Shown here: positions 1-9,560 of the stretch, piece after piece
Position numbering within the stretch: position 1 is the stretch's first letter
Layout of the letters: the number at the start of each line of letters is the position of its first letter
Assembly (NCBI GenBank): GCA_041659505.1
Contig: JBAZYF010000001.1
Span: 502,712-566,711, forward strand
DNA: 64,000 bases
Direction: 5' to 3'
Source of the DNA: Parcubacteria group bacterium
Lineage (GTDB): Bacteria; Patescibacteriota; Minisyncoccia; Moranbacterales; UBA2206
The notes under the pieces: model-generated
Databases searched by the model: none
What the model saw: the letters and a program-made list of their open reading frames with translations, nothing else
What the model was told of the DNA's origin: nothing
Translations under genes and position numbers: made by a program

Positions 1-9
1 AATGTCTGT

Positions 10-417
10 ATGGCCGAGGAACTTGCTCCAACTGCGGAAGTTATGGCAGAAAAGAAGGTGGAGGAAGTAAAAAAGGAAGAAAATGTAATTGAAACTAAAA
101 AAGTACCTAATAATAGCAATCTTCCAGAAGGGAAATTCATTATCAATGCTTCAGCGTATACTGCTGCGGCAGATGAGTGTGGCAAAAGCGATGGAATTAC
201 CGCTTCGGGAAAAAAGGTAAAGGAAAATGAGACAATCGCTTGTCCAAAAAACTTTGCTTTTGGAACAAAGGTCAACATCGAAGGCTATGGGACTTACATC
301 TGCCAAGATCGCGGAGGTGCGATTAAGGGGAATAAGATTGATATCTACATGGAAACAAAAGCGCAAGCGTTTGCTTTCGGTAGACGAAACTTAGTCGCCC
401 AGATTGTGACTGAATAG
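10..417 (+). CDS. 3D (Asp-Asp-Asp) domain protein, likely 5'-truncated by the window edge
   Basis: Motifs ASAYT, GITASG, IACP, DRGGAIKGNKIDIY typical of 3D domains. Confidence 0.85.
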   Translation: MAEELAPTAEVMAEKKVEEVKKEENVIETKKVPNNSNLPEGKFIINASAYTAAADECGKSDGITASGKKVKENETIACPKNFAFGTKVNIEGYGTYICQDRGGAIKGNKIDIYMETKAQAFAFGRRNLVAQIVTE

Positions 418-420
418 TTA

Positions 421-456
421 AAAAGAGCACTCCGAGTAATCGGGGTGCTTTTTTTA
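421..456 (+). terminator. Intrinsic terminator
   Basis: AAAAGAGCACTCCGA-gtaa-TCGGGGTGCTTTTTT hairpin plus U tract between convergent genes. Confidence 0.75.
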
Positions 457-569
457 TGCAAATTTTCAAATAAAAAAACCTTTCTGCTATGTTTAGCAAA
501 AAGGTTTGGAGTGGTGGGATTTTCTGGGGATAGGTTAAGAATTTTAGTGAGGCGCGGCGTCTAAATAAA

Positions 570-1259
570 TCAGGCGACTTTTTGGAAAAGTACGGAATGA
601 ATTTTGATTCCATTAACATCATCTTCCGGGCAATTTTCCATGTAGTCAATTACTTTTAAGGCGGGAAATTCAGCGATGAGTTTTTCGATTGTGAAACAGC
701 GCATATAATGCTTTCCCCACAGACAGAAGTCTTTACCTTTTGGAACCTTGAATTTTTCCGGCAATGGATCGGCGAATTGGGAGCTGATTAGATATCCGCC
801 ATATCTGAGACAGCTTAAGATGTTATCTTTGTATGCTGGAAGGTATGCTCTGCGGATATGATCCATTACAGACCAATCAATTACAAGACTAAATGCAAGA
901 TCTAATTTCAAGTGGCTATCAAGAAGGGCTGTGGGTAAAGTAAAGTCTAAATTTTCAAGGTAAAATCTTGGATAGCCACCAATAGTTTCGCAACAATTTC
1001 TCAGTGCGTTTTCGGAGATATCAATCCCCAGTAGTGGAATATTTTTTTCTAGAAAATATTTGGCATTGCGCCCGTCAGCTCCAATGCCGATATCCAGAAC
1101 ATTTCCGTAATAAATTCTTTTTACATGTTTTTCAAAAAGGGCAACCATCGATGGGCTGGGAGTTGTTCCCCAACCATATCCTCGCTCCAGCCGTGTCGCT
1201 GGATCCTGATACGCTTCGTCGTAAAAATCCTTTTCGATTTTAAGGTGCTTTGGTTTCAT
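570..1259 (-). CDS. Class I SAM-dependent methyltransferase
   Basis: VLDIGIGADGRN and GIDIS motifs; AAGGAGG SD upstream. Confidence 0.8.
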   Translation of the reverse strand: MKPKHLKIEKDFYDEAYQDPATRLERGYGWGTTPSPSMVALFEKHVKRIYYGNVLDIGIGADGRNAKYFLEKNIPLLGIDISENALRNCCETIGGYPRFYLENLDFTLPTALLDSHLKLDLAFSLVIDWSVMDHIRRAYLPAYKDNILSCLRYGGYLISSQFADPLPEKFKVPKGKDFCLWGKHYMRCFTIEKLIAEFPALKVIDYMENCPEDDVNGIKIHSVLFQKVA

Positions 1260-1447
1260 TTTGACCTCCTTTGGTTAATTTTCTTTCATCTCAAATTTCA
1301 AAACTTTTTTGAAACCTGGGAAAAGAAGGCGAGCAGGATGCGATGATCTGCGGGCTCGCCTTGAAACCTAAAGAAAGAACAATTTCAGGAGAATTAGAAA
1401 ATATCTTCCCCAAGTAGTATCTCTTTTTAAAAGTTATTTCTACTCGA

Positions 1448-1813
1448 TTACTCAGCCTTTAACGAACAAATCAAACGCGGTATTTCCTTCCTTAAAAAAT
1501 CACTTATGCTGGAAGGATCTGCGGACAAGTTACACCCGGCCGCTTGCTGCAATGCCCGAATGTTGGGATTGCTACTTGAAGCAACCATGATCGCTTCAGG
1601 GAATTTTTCCCTTGCCAATTTAATAAGATCAATGCTGATTCCATCCGGAAGATTAAAGTCCCAAATGATTAGTTGGAATTTATGTTGTATGATTATACAT
1701 GATGCCTGTAGTAGAGTTGTCGCCCAATAGACATCACAACCAAATTCTTCGCAAGTAAATCCAATGTTTTCACCTGTTGCAAGATGATCTTCGACTATTA
1801 ATACTTTTATCAT
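1448..1813 (-). CDS. Single-domain response regulator receiver
   Basis: KVLIVED and IIWDFNLPDG; start taken at MIKVL. Confidence 0.8.
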   Translation of the reverse strand: MIKVLIVEDHLATGENIGFTCEEFGCDVYWATTLLQASCIIIQHKFQLIIWDFNLPDGISIDLIKLAREKFPEAIMVASSSNPNIRALQQAAGCNLSADPSSISDFLRKEIPRLICSLKAE

Positions 1814-1919
1814 TTTATTGTCCTTTTTATAATGTACAATTTTTATCTCCCCAAGAATCCATTTCTTAGTTTGACTCTGGAGCATAGCAGATAAAACAAC
1901 ACGTGTCAACAAAATATTG

Positions 1920-1948
1920 TTGACGACAATAAGAAATTGATGTATAAT
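1920..1948 (+). promoter_or_regulatory. Sigma70 promoter for TrmB-like gene
   Basis: TTGACG-17 nt-TATAAT, overlapping palindrome GTCAACAAAATATTGTTGAC. Confidence 0.6.
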
Positions 1949-2164
1949 GGGTCTAGGATAAGCGAAATTGGGCTTGGGGTGTCGCTTTATGGTTGACGGG
2001 GTAAAAAGCTTAAAATTCACTGCATTGTCGGTTCAGTGTCTCCTGACCTGAACTACCTAGTTCTTATTTGGATTTGTGGTGAAAAGTTAGCTGGTTAGAA
2101 ATAAAAGGTTCAAGTCAGAGACTTGAACCAACGCTGGATGTAATTATTAACAAAAATCAATCTT

Positions 2165-2911
2165 ATGGAACAAGAACTATTAGCTTTGGGGCTGACTTGG
2201 AATGAGGTGAAAGTATACAAAAGCCTAATGAAACTGGGCGAGACACAAGTGGGTGGCGTGATTGCTGATCTCAAAATTCATCGTCAGATTGCCTATAACG
2301 CCCTTGACGCGCTCGAAAAGCGCGGGATGGTGGCGAAGACGATGAAAAATAAGTTTCAGCACTATAAAATTGTGGATCCGGAAGTGATTGTGGAAAATGT
2401 GAGAAAGCAGGAAGCCTTAGCAGAAAGGTTAGCGCGGACCATCAAGCACGAGATGAAAAAAAGCCGGCACGAGAACGAGATTAACATCTATTCTGGCCAA
2501 GCCGGTGCGCAAAAATTTTATACATATGTCTATAAAAAAATGCCCAAAGGAGCGGAGACGTATATTATGGGCGTATCTGTGAAAGGACATTTGAACTCTT
2601 TAGGGGAAGATTTTATTCGAGGGACATATAATAAGCTAAAAACTGAAAAGCAAATAGTTGGAAAGCTGGTGATGGGTGAGAGTGAGCGCAATGATAATGA
2701 AGAATTTGGTGAAAAAACCAATCCGAAATTGCGAGAGTCTCGCTATTTGCCATATGAAAATAGCAATCCAGTGTCCACGACAATTTGGCCGGACAGAATC
2801 ACTTTCATGGCGACAGGCAAAGATATCTTTCTCATCGAAATCATCAATCAAGAATTTCGTGATTCCTATAAGGCTCATTTTGATATGCTTTGGAAGATGG
2901 CGAAGAAATAG
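2165..2911 (+). CDS. TrmB-family transcriptional regulator
   Basis: LGLTWNEVKVY wHTH N-terminus and C-terminal FDMLWK typical of CPR TrmB. Confidence 0.85.
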   Translation: MEQELLALGLTWNEVKVYKSLMKLGETQVGGVIADLKIHRQIAYNALDALEKRGMVAKTMKNKFQHYKIVDPEVIVENVRKQEALAERLARTIKHEMKKSRHENEINIYSGQAGAQKFYTYVYKKMPKGAETYIMGVSVKGHLNSLGEDFIRGTYNKLKTEKQIVGKLVMGESERNDNEEFGEKTNPKLRESRYLPYENSNPVSTTIWPDRITFMATGKDIFLIEIINQEFRDSYKAHFDMLWKMAKK

Positions 2912-2969
2912 AGCGTTATAATTGACTTTAGGGCTTGAGCTTGGTAGTATTTACCTGTGGTCAAAAATT

Positions 2970-3040
2970 GGTCCGGTGGCCGAGCAGTTAGGCAAGGGTC
3001 TGCAAAACCCTGTACAGCAGTGCGAATCTGCTCCGGACCT
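2970..3040 (+). tRNA. tRNA-Cys (GCA)
   Basis: Acceptor GGTCCGG/CCGGACC, anticodon arm AGGGT-CTGCAAA-ACCCT, atypical T loop TGCGAAT. Confidence 0.9.
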
Positions 3041-3107
3041 CAAATTTCCATAAAATTTACTATTGTGGTATACTTATAAGGTGATATTAATCAACGAGTA
3101 TACCATT

Positions 3108-3578
3108 ATGAGAAAAAGAAGTTGGACAGAAAATGAATTGAAAAAAGCAGTTAAATTATCCACAAGCGTTAGACAGGTTTTGAAAAGATTGAAACTAAAA
3201 GAAGCTGGTGGAAATTATTCCCAAATAAAAAAGTTTTTAGCTGAATATAAAATAAACACGGAGCATTTTACGGGAAAGGGCTGGAACAAGGGGATGCGGG
3301 GAATTGGAAAGCCGCGAAGAAAATTAGAAGAGATTTTAAAGAAAAACACCGACTTTCAAAGTTTTAAGCTAAAGAAAAGATTATTTTTTGCAAAATTAAA
3401 GCCAAAGCGTTGTGAGGAATGCGGCTGGCATAAAGTATCTGATGATGGACGATTACCGCTAGAACTTGATCACATTAATGGTGACAGTAAAGACAATCGA
3501 TTGGAAAACTTGCGCGTGCTATGTCCCAATTGTCATAGCCTAAAACCAACACACAGAGGACGGAATCGAAAAAAATAA
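3108..3578 (+). CDS. Free-standing HNH endonuclease
   Basis: CEECG...LELDHINGD...NRLENLRVLCPNCH. Confidence 0.9.
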   Translation: MRKRSWTENELKKAVKLSTSVRQVLKRLKLKEAGGNYSQIKKFLAEYKINTEHFTGKGWNKGMRGIGKPRRKLEEILKKNTDFQSFKLKKRLFFAKLKPKRCEECGWHKVSDDGRLPLELDHINGDSKDNRLENLRVLCPNCHSLKPTHRGRNRKK

Positions 3579-3582
3579 TTTT

Positions 3583-3665
3583 GGGCGAGTGGTGAAATGG
3601 TATACACTCGACACTTAAAATGTCGCGGAGCTTGCTCCATGAGGGTTCGAGTCCCTCCTCGCCCA
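3583..3665 (+). tRNA. tRNA-Leu (TAA)
   Basis: GGGCGAG/CTCGCCC acceptor, CGACA-CTTAAAA-TGTCG anticodon arm, long variable arm, GGTTCGAGTCC. Confidence 0.92.
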
Positions 3666-3703
3666 CAGTAAATTTAGCATCAAAAAATCGCCACTGAGGC
3701 GAT

Positions 3704-4294
3704 TTATTTTTTCTCTTCTTGTTCAATTTTTGCAATAATTTTCGGAATCCGTTTGAAATCTTTGATGAGCGTTTCGCGCATTCCGCCATTATAGAGCGCC
3801 GCCGCAGGATGATAAAGTGTGTAGAAAATCTGCTTGCCCATACCTTCGATGTCTTTTCTCATCGCTTTGCCGTGAACTTCGGAAATCTTAAAACCAGGCA
3901 AAAATCTTTCCATCGAATGGCGGCCAAGCGTGACGATTAGTTTGGGCTGGATAATTTTTATTTGTTCCAAAAGCCAGGGCCAGCAAGCAGCGACTTCTTC
4001 GGGGAGCGGGTCGCGATTTTCCGGTGGGCGGCATTTGCAGACATTGGCGATGTAGACGTCTTCGCGTTTAAGCTTGATTGTCTCGAGCATTTCATTGAGA
4101 AATTTTCCGGCGGCACCGACAAAAGGCACTCCGGTTTCATCTTCTTTTCTTCCGGGTGCTTCACCGATAAACATAATTTTCGCATCGGCATTTCCTGCGC
4201 CGGGAACGACCTGGGTGCAACCTTTTCTTAGCGCGCACTGGGAACAGGCGAGCATTGCTGCGTTTAGTTTTTCGAGTTTGGATTGGTTTGACAT
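3704..4294 (-). CDS. Family 4 uracil-DNA glycosylase
   Basis: CxxC, GEAPG, PFVG, KCRPPENR, YHPAA. Confidence 0.92.
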   Translation of the reverse strand: MSNQSKLEKLNAAMLACSQCALRKGCTQVVPGAGNADAKIMFIGEAPGRKEDETGVPFVGAAGKFLNEMLETIKLKREDVYIANVCKCRPPENRDPLPEEVAACWPWLLEQIKIIQPKLIVTLGRHSMERFLPGFKISEVHGKAMRKDIEGMGKQIFYTLYHPAAALYNGGMRETLIKDFKRIPKIIAKIEQEEKK

Positions 4295-4299
4295 GGAAG

Positions 4300-4413
4300 A
4301 AATGTAAAATGTAAAAATCAAAAATCAAAATGACAAATCAAAATAAAAAATTCGGAATTTAAGCATTTTGAATTTCACATTGTCATTTTGATATTTGCAT
4401 TTTGATTTTTAAT
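4300..4413. repeat. Heptamer-type (AAAATCA/AAATGTA) repeats arranged as an inverted pair
   Basis: aatgtaaaatgtaaaaatcaaaaatcaaaatgacaa ... ttgtcattttgatatttgcattttgattttt. Confidence 0.6.
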
Positions 4414-4941
4414 TTATTTCAAATCATGAATTCTCAATAGTTTAAAATTATCATTTTCAGTATTCCACACCGCAAACGTCGGTGGATAGATTTCTCCCGC
4501 AACATTGCCAGGATTGAGCACTGTACATTTTATCGATCCTTGGTCCGCCGTAGTTTCAACGGAGGAGACCCAAGGTTTATGCGTGTGACCATGAAAAACA
4601 AAAGCATATTTTCCAGTTTCCGCTAATCTTCTGGCTTCACGGGGAAAATGGACAAAGGCAATTTGCTTATTCTCAATTATAGTTTCGCCGAAATTTTTGA
4701 ATAAAAAAGTCTGGCGATATTTTTCTACTGATTCAAGCTCGCGCAGTTCGGTGTAATCGGCATTACCGAAAGTGTAATAAATAACGCCTGCAAAATTATC
4801 ATTCATGAGATCAAGCACTTCTTTTGAGGCTAAGTCTCCGCAACAAATGAGCGTGGTAATTTTTTGTTCGGCGCAATAACGCAAAACTTTTTCCAAGTTG
4901 ACTTCGTTATTGTGAATGTCGGAGGTGATGGCGATTTGCAT
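4414..4941 (-). CDS. YfcE/MJ0936-type metallophosphoesterase
   Basis: SDIHNN, CGD, GNAD, GHTH, NPG. Confidence 0.9.
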   Translation of the reverse strand: MQIAITSDIHNNEVNLEKVLRYCAEQKITTLICCGDLASKEVLDLMNDNFAGVIYYTFGNADYTELRELESVEKYRQTFLFKNFGETIIENKQIAFVHFPREARRLAETGKYAFVFHGHTHKPWVSSVETTADQGSIKCTVLNPGNVAGEIYPPTFAVWNTENDNFKLLRIHDLK

Positions 4942-4950
4942 ATTATTTTT

Positions 4951-5697
4951 TTATTTTCTATTATCCAACATTCTCCAATTAAGTTCAAAGATGGTTTTTA
5001 GGGTAATGTAGATTTTTTCACTTTCAATGATGAGGCCTAGGTTTTCCTTGAAGGACATAATGCCGATTTTTCTTTTGCCATAGAGGTTTATCTCAACTTC
5101 CAGGCATAGTTCACGGGAATCATAGAGGCGGGTTTCTCGCAGGTGCTTTTTATCCTCCGCCTGAATCTTTTGCACAACTCCCAGATTTTGTCCAATAGCG
5201 CGCATCCAAATTTTTTTCTCAATTCTTTTTTTGAGATAATAATCCCACATATAATTTTCATCAAAATAGGTGAAGACGTCCGTCGTGCCCCACATCAGGA
5301 TTTCTTGTCCGGGATAATTTAGGGTGTCTTGATAGACATTTTTGATTCCTTCACTACCTTCAAAATACTTCACGTCCGGTTTTTTGTCGATGCAGCTGGC
5401 CAGCGAGAGTAGTTGCGGAAGAATTCCCTTGAGCACGGTTTTCTTTTCTTCCAGCTGATTTTCCAAAATTCTCGGATCCTCGGCATAATAGAGCGTGCGT
5501 TTTTTTCTTTTTGTTGTTCCGATGAGACCCTTGGCTTTTAGTGCTTCGATTACATCATAGACGGTTGTGCGTTTGATCTTGGATTTGCGAGAAATTTGCT
5601 CGACAGTCGTTTCGCCCAATTCTAAAAGCTCGACATAAACATCAGCTTCACGCTCCGAGAGGTTGAGTTTTTCCAGTTGCTTTTTGAGAATAGCCAT
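4951..5697 (-). CDS. TrmB-family transcriptional regulator
   Basis: LSEREADVY...RTTVY wHTH, YFEGSEGI, IFELNW. Confidence 0.85.
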   Translation of the reverse strand: MAILKKQLEKLNLSEREADVYVELLELGETTVEQISRKSKIKRTTVYDVIEALKAKGLIGTTKRKKRTLYYAEDPRILENQLEEKKTVLKGILPQLLSLASCIDKKPDVKYFEGSEGIKNVYQDTLNYPGQEILMWGTTDVFTYFDENYMWDYYLKKRIEKKIWMRAIGQNLGVVQKIQAEDKKHLRETRLYDSRELCLEVEINLYGKRKIGIMSFKENLGLIIESEKIYITLKTIFELNWRMLDNRK

Positions 5698-5928
5698 GGT
5701 AAAAGATATTTTGTCGGCGAAAGGGTCGTTTTGGATAGGTTAGCATAGAGACTAGAATTTGTCTATATTTAGGTAAAAAATAGCTTAGATTGTGTCTAGT
5801 ATAGTAATTTTATTAAAAAATGACATAAAATCTTTTAAATAGTATAGGCTGTAATTTCACAGATATCGAAGGTTGTTTGACAATTTAATTCACTTGGATG
5901 CACTTAAAAAGTGTAGAAGGAGGTGTTT

Positions 5929-6048
5929 ATGGAATTAAATGAGTTGCTAATAATAGGTTTGTTTTTTGTAATCGGCGCTGTTTTTTTGGCATATTTCACT
6001 TTCATATTGCAAAAAATAAAAAAATGGATACAAAATAATAAAAAATAA
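5929..6048 (+). CDS. Small single-pass membrane protein (39 aa, not in ORF track)
   Basis: AGGAGGTG SD; MELNELLIIGLFFVIGAVFLAYFTFILQKIKKWIQNNKK. Confidence 0.55.
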   Translation: MELNELLIIGLFFVIGAVFLAYFTFILQKIKKWIQNNKK

Positions 6049-6075
6049 ATGAGCGAAGGTGTGAAAGGAGGTTTT

Positions 6076-6303
6076 ATGTTTAGGAACATCGAGAAGTTCT
6101 TTGAAAAAAAGCTTAGATGCCGAGCATCTAAGGTGGAGGGGGTGAGCTGCCCCAAATGCAGCTCTTTTAACTTGGAGTTAAAAAGAAGAGAATTTTTAGA
6201 GAGAGGTAGTTACGGAGGAGCAGTTTTTCATTTGGAGTATAAGTGCCTTGATTGCGAAACGGAATTGGAGACTACTCGTGAACTGTTGATGACACTTCGT
6301 TAG
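6076..6303 (+). CDS. Small zinc-ribbon protein
   Basis: AAGGAGG SD; CPKC...CLDC. Confidence 0.6.
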   Translation: MFRNIEKFFEKKLRCRASKVEGVSCPKCSSFNLELKRREFLERGSYGGAVFHLEYKCLDCETELETTRELLMTLR

Positions 6304-6391
6304 AAATAGGTCGAGGCATGAAAGTTTTTAACAAAGCTTTCCTGTTTTTTATTGCGAATAAAAAAACCAGTCAAAGCGGGACTGGCACCGG

Positions 6392-6901
6392 TTATTTTTT
6401 CAGGTGTTTTGCTTGGGGGCAGTTGATGCAAGAGAAATAATAAATCTTGTTTTTGCTTGCGAAAATTGCACAGCTTCCAATGAAAGTGCAACCGCCGCTT
6501 TGATGAAGGGCTACTTCTCTAGGGTGAAGTTCGCGAGACAGTTTGGTCATAATAATCTCATTTCCCGATTCAGTGCGGACGTATTTTTTTAGCCGCCGGA
6601 GCTCACTCATTTCTCGTTTCTTGGCATACGCTTTCAGTATATCTTTATATGTAGGCATAGGGACTGGCTTTCGGCGAACTGCAGGAACTGATTTTTGCCG
6701 TTTTTGGTCAAATATTTTCCAATCCATCCAGGATTCAGCGGGAATACCATAAAGTGATTTTAGCCAATTTCTTACTTTTTTAAAATTACTACTTTCAAAT
6801 AATTCTTTTTCCTCCTTTGATAGCATATCGTAGTAATCTGTGTCCGACAGCTTATCTTTCCGATTGTTTAAATCACTGCCAGTTGCATTGTTCATGCGCA
6901 T
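6392..6901 (-). CDS. Hypothetical protein, Cys-rich C-terminus
   Basis: 169-aa ORF with AAGGAGG SD. Confidence 0.55.
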   Translation of the reverse strand: MRMNNATGSDLNNRKDKLSDTDYYDMLSKEEKELFESSNFKKVRNWLKSLYGIPAESWMDWKIFDQKRQKSVPAVRRKPVPMPTYKDILKAYAKKREMSELRRLKKYVRTESGNEIIMTKLSRELHPREVALHQSGGCTFIGSCAIFASKNKIYYFSCINCPQAKHLKK

Positions 6902-6967
6902 CCCTCCTTAAATTAATGTTATTTTTTGGTAAAGAGCCGGTCTTTTGTTGGACTGATCTGAAAAAAT

Positions 6968-7789
6968 TTAGCCTCTGAATTTTTTGAGGAGCTTAATATC
7001 TTCTATTACTCTATCATGATCAGTTTCTAAAATCATATCAGTATTATTTTCTTTGGCGAATGTGACAATATTTTGAAATGCGGCTTCGCCAATTTTGCCT
7101 TCGCCAATATGGGCGTGGCGGTCACGCTTGGAATCGAAATCAGTCAAGCTGTCGTTGGCGTGGAAAAGTTTAATTTTTTTCAAACCCAATTCTTGGTCGA
7201 TCCGCGTAAGGGTTTTCTCAAAATCTCGCCAGTCATAACCGGAAGCAAAAGAGTGTTGAGTGTCGAGGCAAATTCCGGCTATGGCTTTACTTTTTACTCC
7301 ATCAATTATAGTTTTGAGATCAGCGAGCGAACTGCCGATAATTTCTCCCGCGCCGGCGCTGTTTTCCAAAAGAAGTTTAGTTTTTCCGGAATAATTTTCC
7401 AAAGTTTTTTTGAGCATCTCAATTACTTTTTGGATCGACTCGTCGTGAGTCATGCCTTTGGCTGATCCGAGGTGGGTCATGACATATTTCGCACCGATGA
7501 GGCTTCCGCGCTCCAGTTCGTCGCGAACGATTGGGACTGAGCCGTAGCGGATTTTGTTATCCAATGAAGCGAAGTTGATATAGTATGGCGTGTGGATGTA
7601 GGTGGCAAGAATTTTGAATTTTGAATTTTGAATTTTGAACTGCGCGCAGATTTCCGGCGTCAGTTCTGGCGCTTTGCCACCGCGCGGGGAGCGGGTGAAA
7701 ATTTGCATCACTTCACAACCTAAATCAGCGGCTCGTTCGGGAGCATTGATTATTCCGCCAGCGATGGAGACGTGAGCGCCTATGTTCAT
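6968..7789 (-). CDS. nfo: Endonuclease IV (AP endonuclease family 2)
   Basis: GAHVS, HTPYYIN, LENSAG, CLDTQH, HANDS, DRHAHIG. Confidence 0.93.
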   Translation of the reverse strand: MNIGAHVSIAGGIINAPERAADLGCEVMQIFTRSPRGGKAPELTPEICAQFKIQNSKFKILATYIHTPYYINFASLDNKIRYGSVPIVRDELERGSLIGAKYVMTHLGSAKGMTHDESIQKVIEMLKKTLENYSGKTKLLLENSAGAGEIIGSSLADLKTIIDGVKSKAIAGICLDTQHSFASGYDWRDFEKTLTRIDQELGLKKIKLFHANDSLTDFDSKRDRHAHIGEGKIGEAAFQNIVTFAKENNTDMILETDHDRVIEDIKLLKKFRG

Positions 7790-7865
7790 AATAGTTAATT
7801 GGACTATTTTTAGTGTAGTTTTATTTTAGCACAAAAATTAATTATGTTCAGATAGTGTTTTCTTT

Positions 7866-8068
7866 GTGTCATTCCCGCGGAGGCGGGAATCCAGGCACCT
7901 CAGGCTTAAAATAAAGATAAAACGAATTATTGAAATTCAAGACTAGCTGAAATTGAGAGCTTGCTGGACTTGTATTTCGATTTTCCAGAGTTGGTAACTA
8001 GTGGAAACTGGATTCCCGCCTTGCTCCACCGCTAAAGCTAAGGCGGCACGCGGTCGCGGGAATGACAC
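7866..8068. repeat. MITE/REP-like element with GTCATTCCCGCG..GCGGGAATCCA ends (family 1, copy 1)
   Basis: Inverted terminal palindromes; interior similar to copy at 21479. Confidence 0.8.
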
Positions 8069-8073
8069 ACCTA

Positions 8074-9033
8074 TTACTCAATCTTCCACCCATTTTCCGT
8101 CTCAACAATTTTACCTTTGATTTCAAAGCCGGAGGCTAGTTCGTGGCCGCCGCCGCCGAATTGGGCGGCGAGGGTTGAAACGTTGACGCCTTTGTATTTT
8201 TCACTTCGCAGGCTTCCTTTGATGATTCCGTCATCACGCTCGGAAAGGACGAGGGAAAATTTTGTGCCAGGAACGGTGTTGAGAATTGTTGCAACTTGGG
8301 CGATGTCTTCGGTAGTCGCGCCAAACTCCTTGATGTCCGCTTTGGTGAGGACTGACGTGATCATCCCGTTTTCTTGGTTGATGCGTGCGCGTTCAAAGGC
8401 GCGACCCCAAAGTTTTAAAGTGGAAATTTTTTTGCTGTTGAAAGTGGCGTTGATAATCTTTCCCATCGGCGCGCCTTTTTTCATCAGTTCCGAGATGATA
8501 CCGAGTACGTGAGAAGTGGTATTAGAATGCTGGAGGACGCCAGTGTCGGCAATAATGCCAAGCATCAGGAACGTAGAAGTTTCCCGGGTGATGGGAAGAT
8601 TGTTAGCAATAAAAAATTCATAGACCATTTCGCAGACTGAGGAAAAAGCGGGATCAACTATTGTTATGTCACATTTGATCGTGATGTCTGGATGATGGTC
8701 GATGATAGCAGTGACCTGATCGGGAGATATTTTCGGCAGAACTTTTTCAAAACCGCGCTCGACACTGTCAGTCGCAATGATTAATTTATATTTCGCAAGG
8801 TCAAGATTGTCAGGGTGGATAAAAGTAATTGAAGAAAAAGGGCTGAGATATTCCGGCAATGGATCAAAACAAACGACGTCGACATTTTTCCCCAAGGATT
8901 CGATATATGCTTTCAAAGCCAAAGCAGACCCGACCGTGTCTCCGTCAGGTCGGGTGTGGGCAAAGAGCAAAATATTTTCCGATCCGCGGATCGTATAATT
9001 CAAAGTATGAAATTCTTTGGTAAATTTGGGCAT
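8074..9033 (-). CDS. nrnA: DHH/DHHA1 phosphoesterase (NrnA-like)
   Basis: HTRPDGD, IDHH, DTG, GGGGH; downstream of infB-rbfA. Confidence 0.85.
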   Translation of the reverse strand: MPKFTKEFHTLNYTIRGSENILLFAHTRPDGDTVGSALALKAYIESLGKNVDVVCFDPLPEYLSPFSSITFIHPDNLDLAKYKLIIATDSVERGFEKVLPKISPDQVTAIIDHHPDITIKCDITIVDPAFSSVCEMVYEFFIANNLPITRETSTFLMLGIIADTGVLQHSNTTSHVLGIISELMKKGAPMGKIINATFNSKKISTLKLWGRAFERARINQENGMITSVLTKADIKEFGATTEDIAQVATILNTVPGTKFSLVLSERDDGIIKGSLRSEKYKGVNVSTLAAQFGGGGHELASGFEIKGKIVETENGWKIE

Positions 9034-9046
9034 AAAGAAAAAGTAG

Positions 9047-9200
9047 CCTCCTCGCCCTTAGGGAGCGGATGTCACGAGCACGTGACAGGTGAGGGAAAGA
9101 GCCATGCATCAAGGATGGTCTTTGCAAAGCAGGTTTTTTCCTAGTATGACGCCCTTGCCCTCATCCGGCCTTCGGCCACCTTCTCCCGAGGGGAGAAGGG
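9047..9200. repeat. Palindromic element family 2, copy 1
   Basis: CCTCCTCGCCC..GGGAG.GGATGTCACGAGCACGTGACAGGTGAGGG ... CCCTCATCCGGCC.CGGCCACCTTCTCCC; near-identical ends at 24686. Confidence 0.8.
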
Positions 9201-9223
9201 GATATAAATAAAGTTTTGTGATT

Positions 9224-9556
9224 TTAGAGTTCTTTCAGCAGTTTTTCAATCTTGTCCGCTTCGCTTTCAGTAAAATCGCTACGAAATTCCAGGCGAGGCA
9301 AGGGTTTGATGCGCAGTCGCTTATTAAGACCAAGTTGAATATTATGGCGTTCTTTTTCCAACGTTTTTAAGGCATAGGGAAACTCGCTTTCCGGAAAAAC
9401 ACTGATGAACACTCGAGTATAGCGGACATCAGGAGAAGTGTCAACTTTGGCAATTGTCAAAAGAACTCCGCTTTTTAGCGAGAGATCTTTGAGGATTATC
9501 TCATTGACATATTTTCTTACGAGTTCATTGATTTTGGGAATGCGATTGGCAGCCAT
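9224..9556 (-). CDS. rbfA: Ribosome-binding factor A
   Basis: NRIPKINEL, PRLEF; directly after infB. Confidence 0.9.
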   Translation of the reverse strand: MAANRIPKINELVRKYVNEIILKDLSLKSGVLLTIAKVDTSPDVRYTRVFISVFPESEFPYALKTLEKERHNIQLGLNKRLRIKPLPRLEFRSDFTESEADKIEKLLKEL

Positions 9557-9560
9557 AGAC

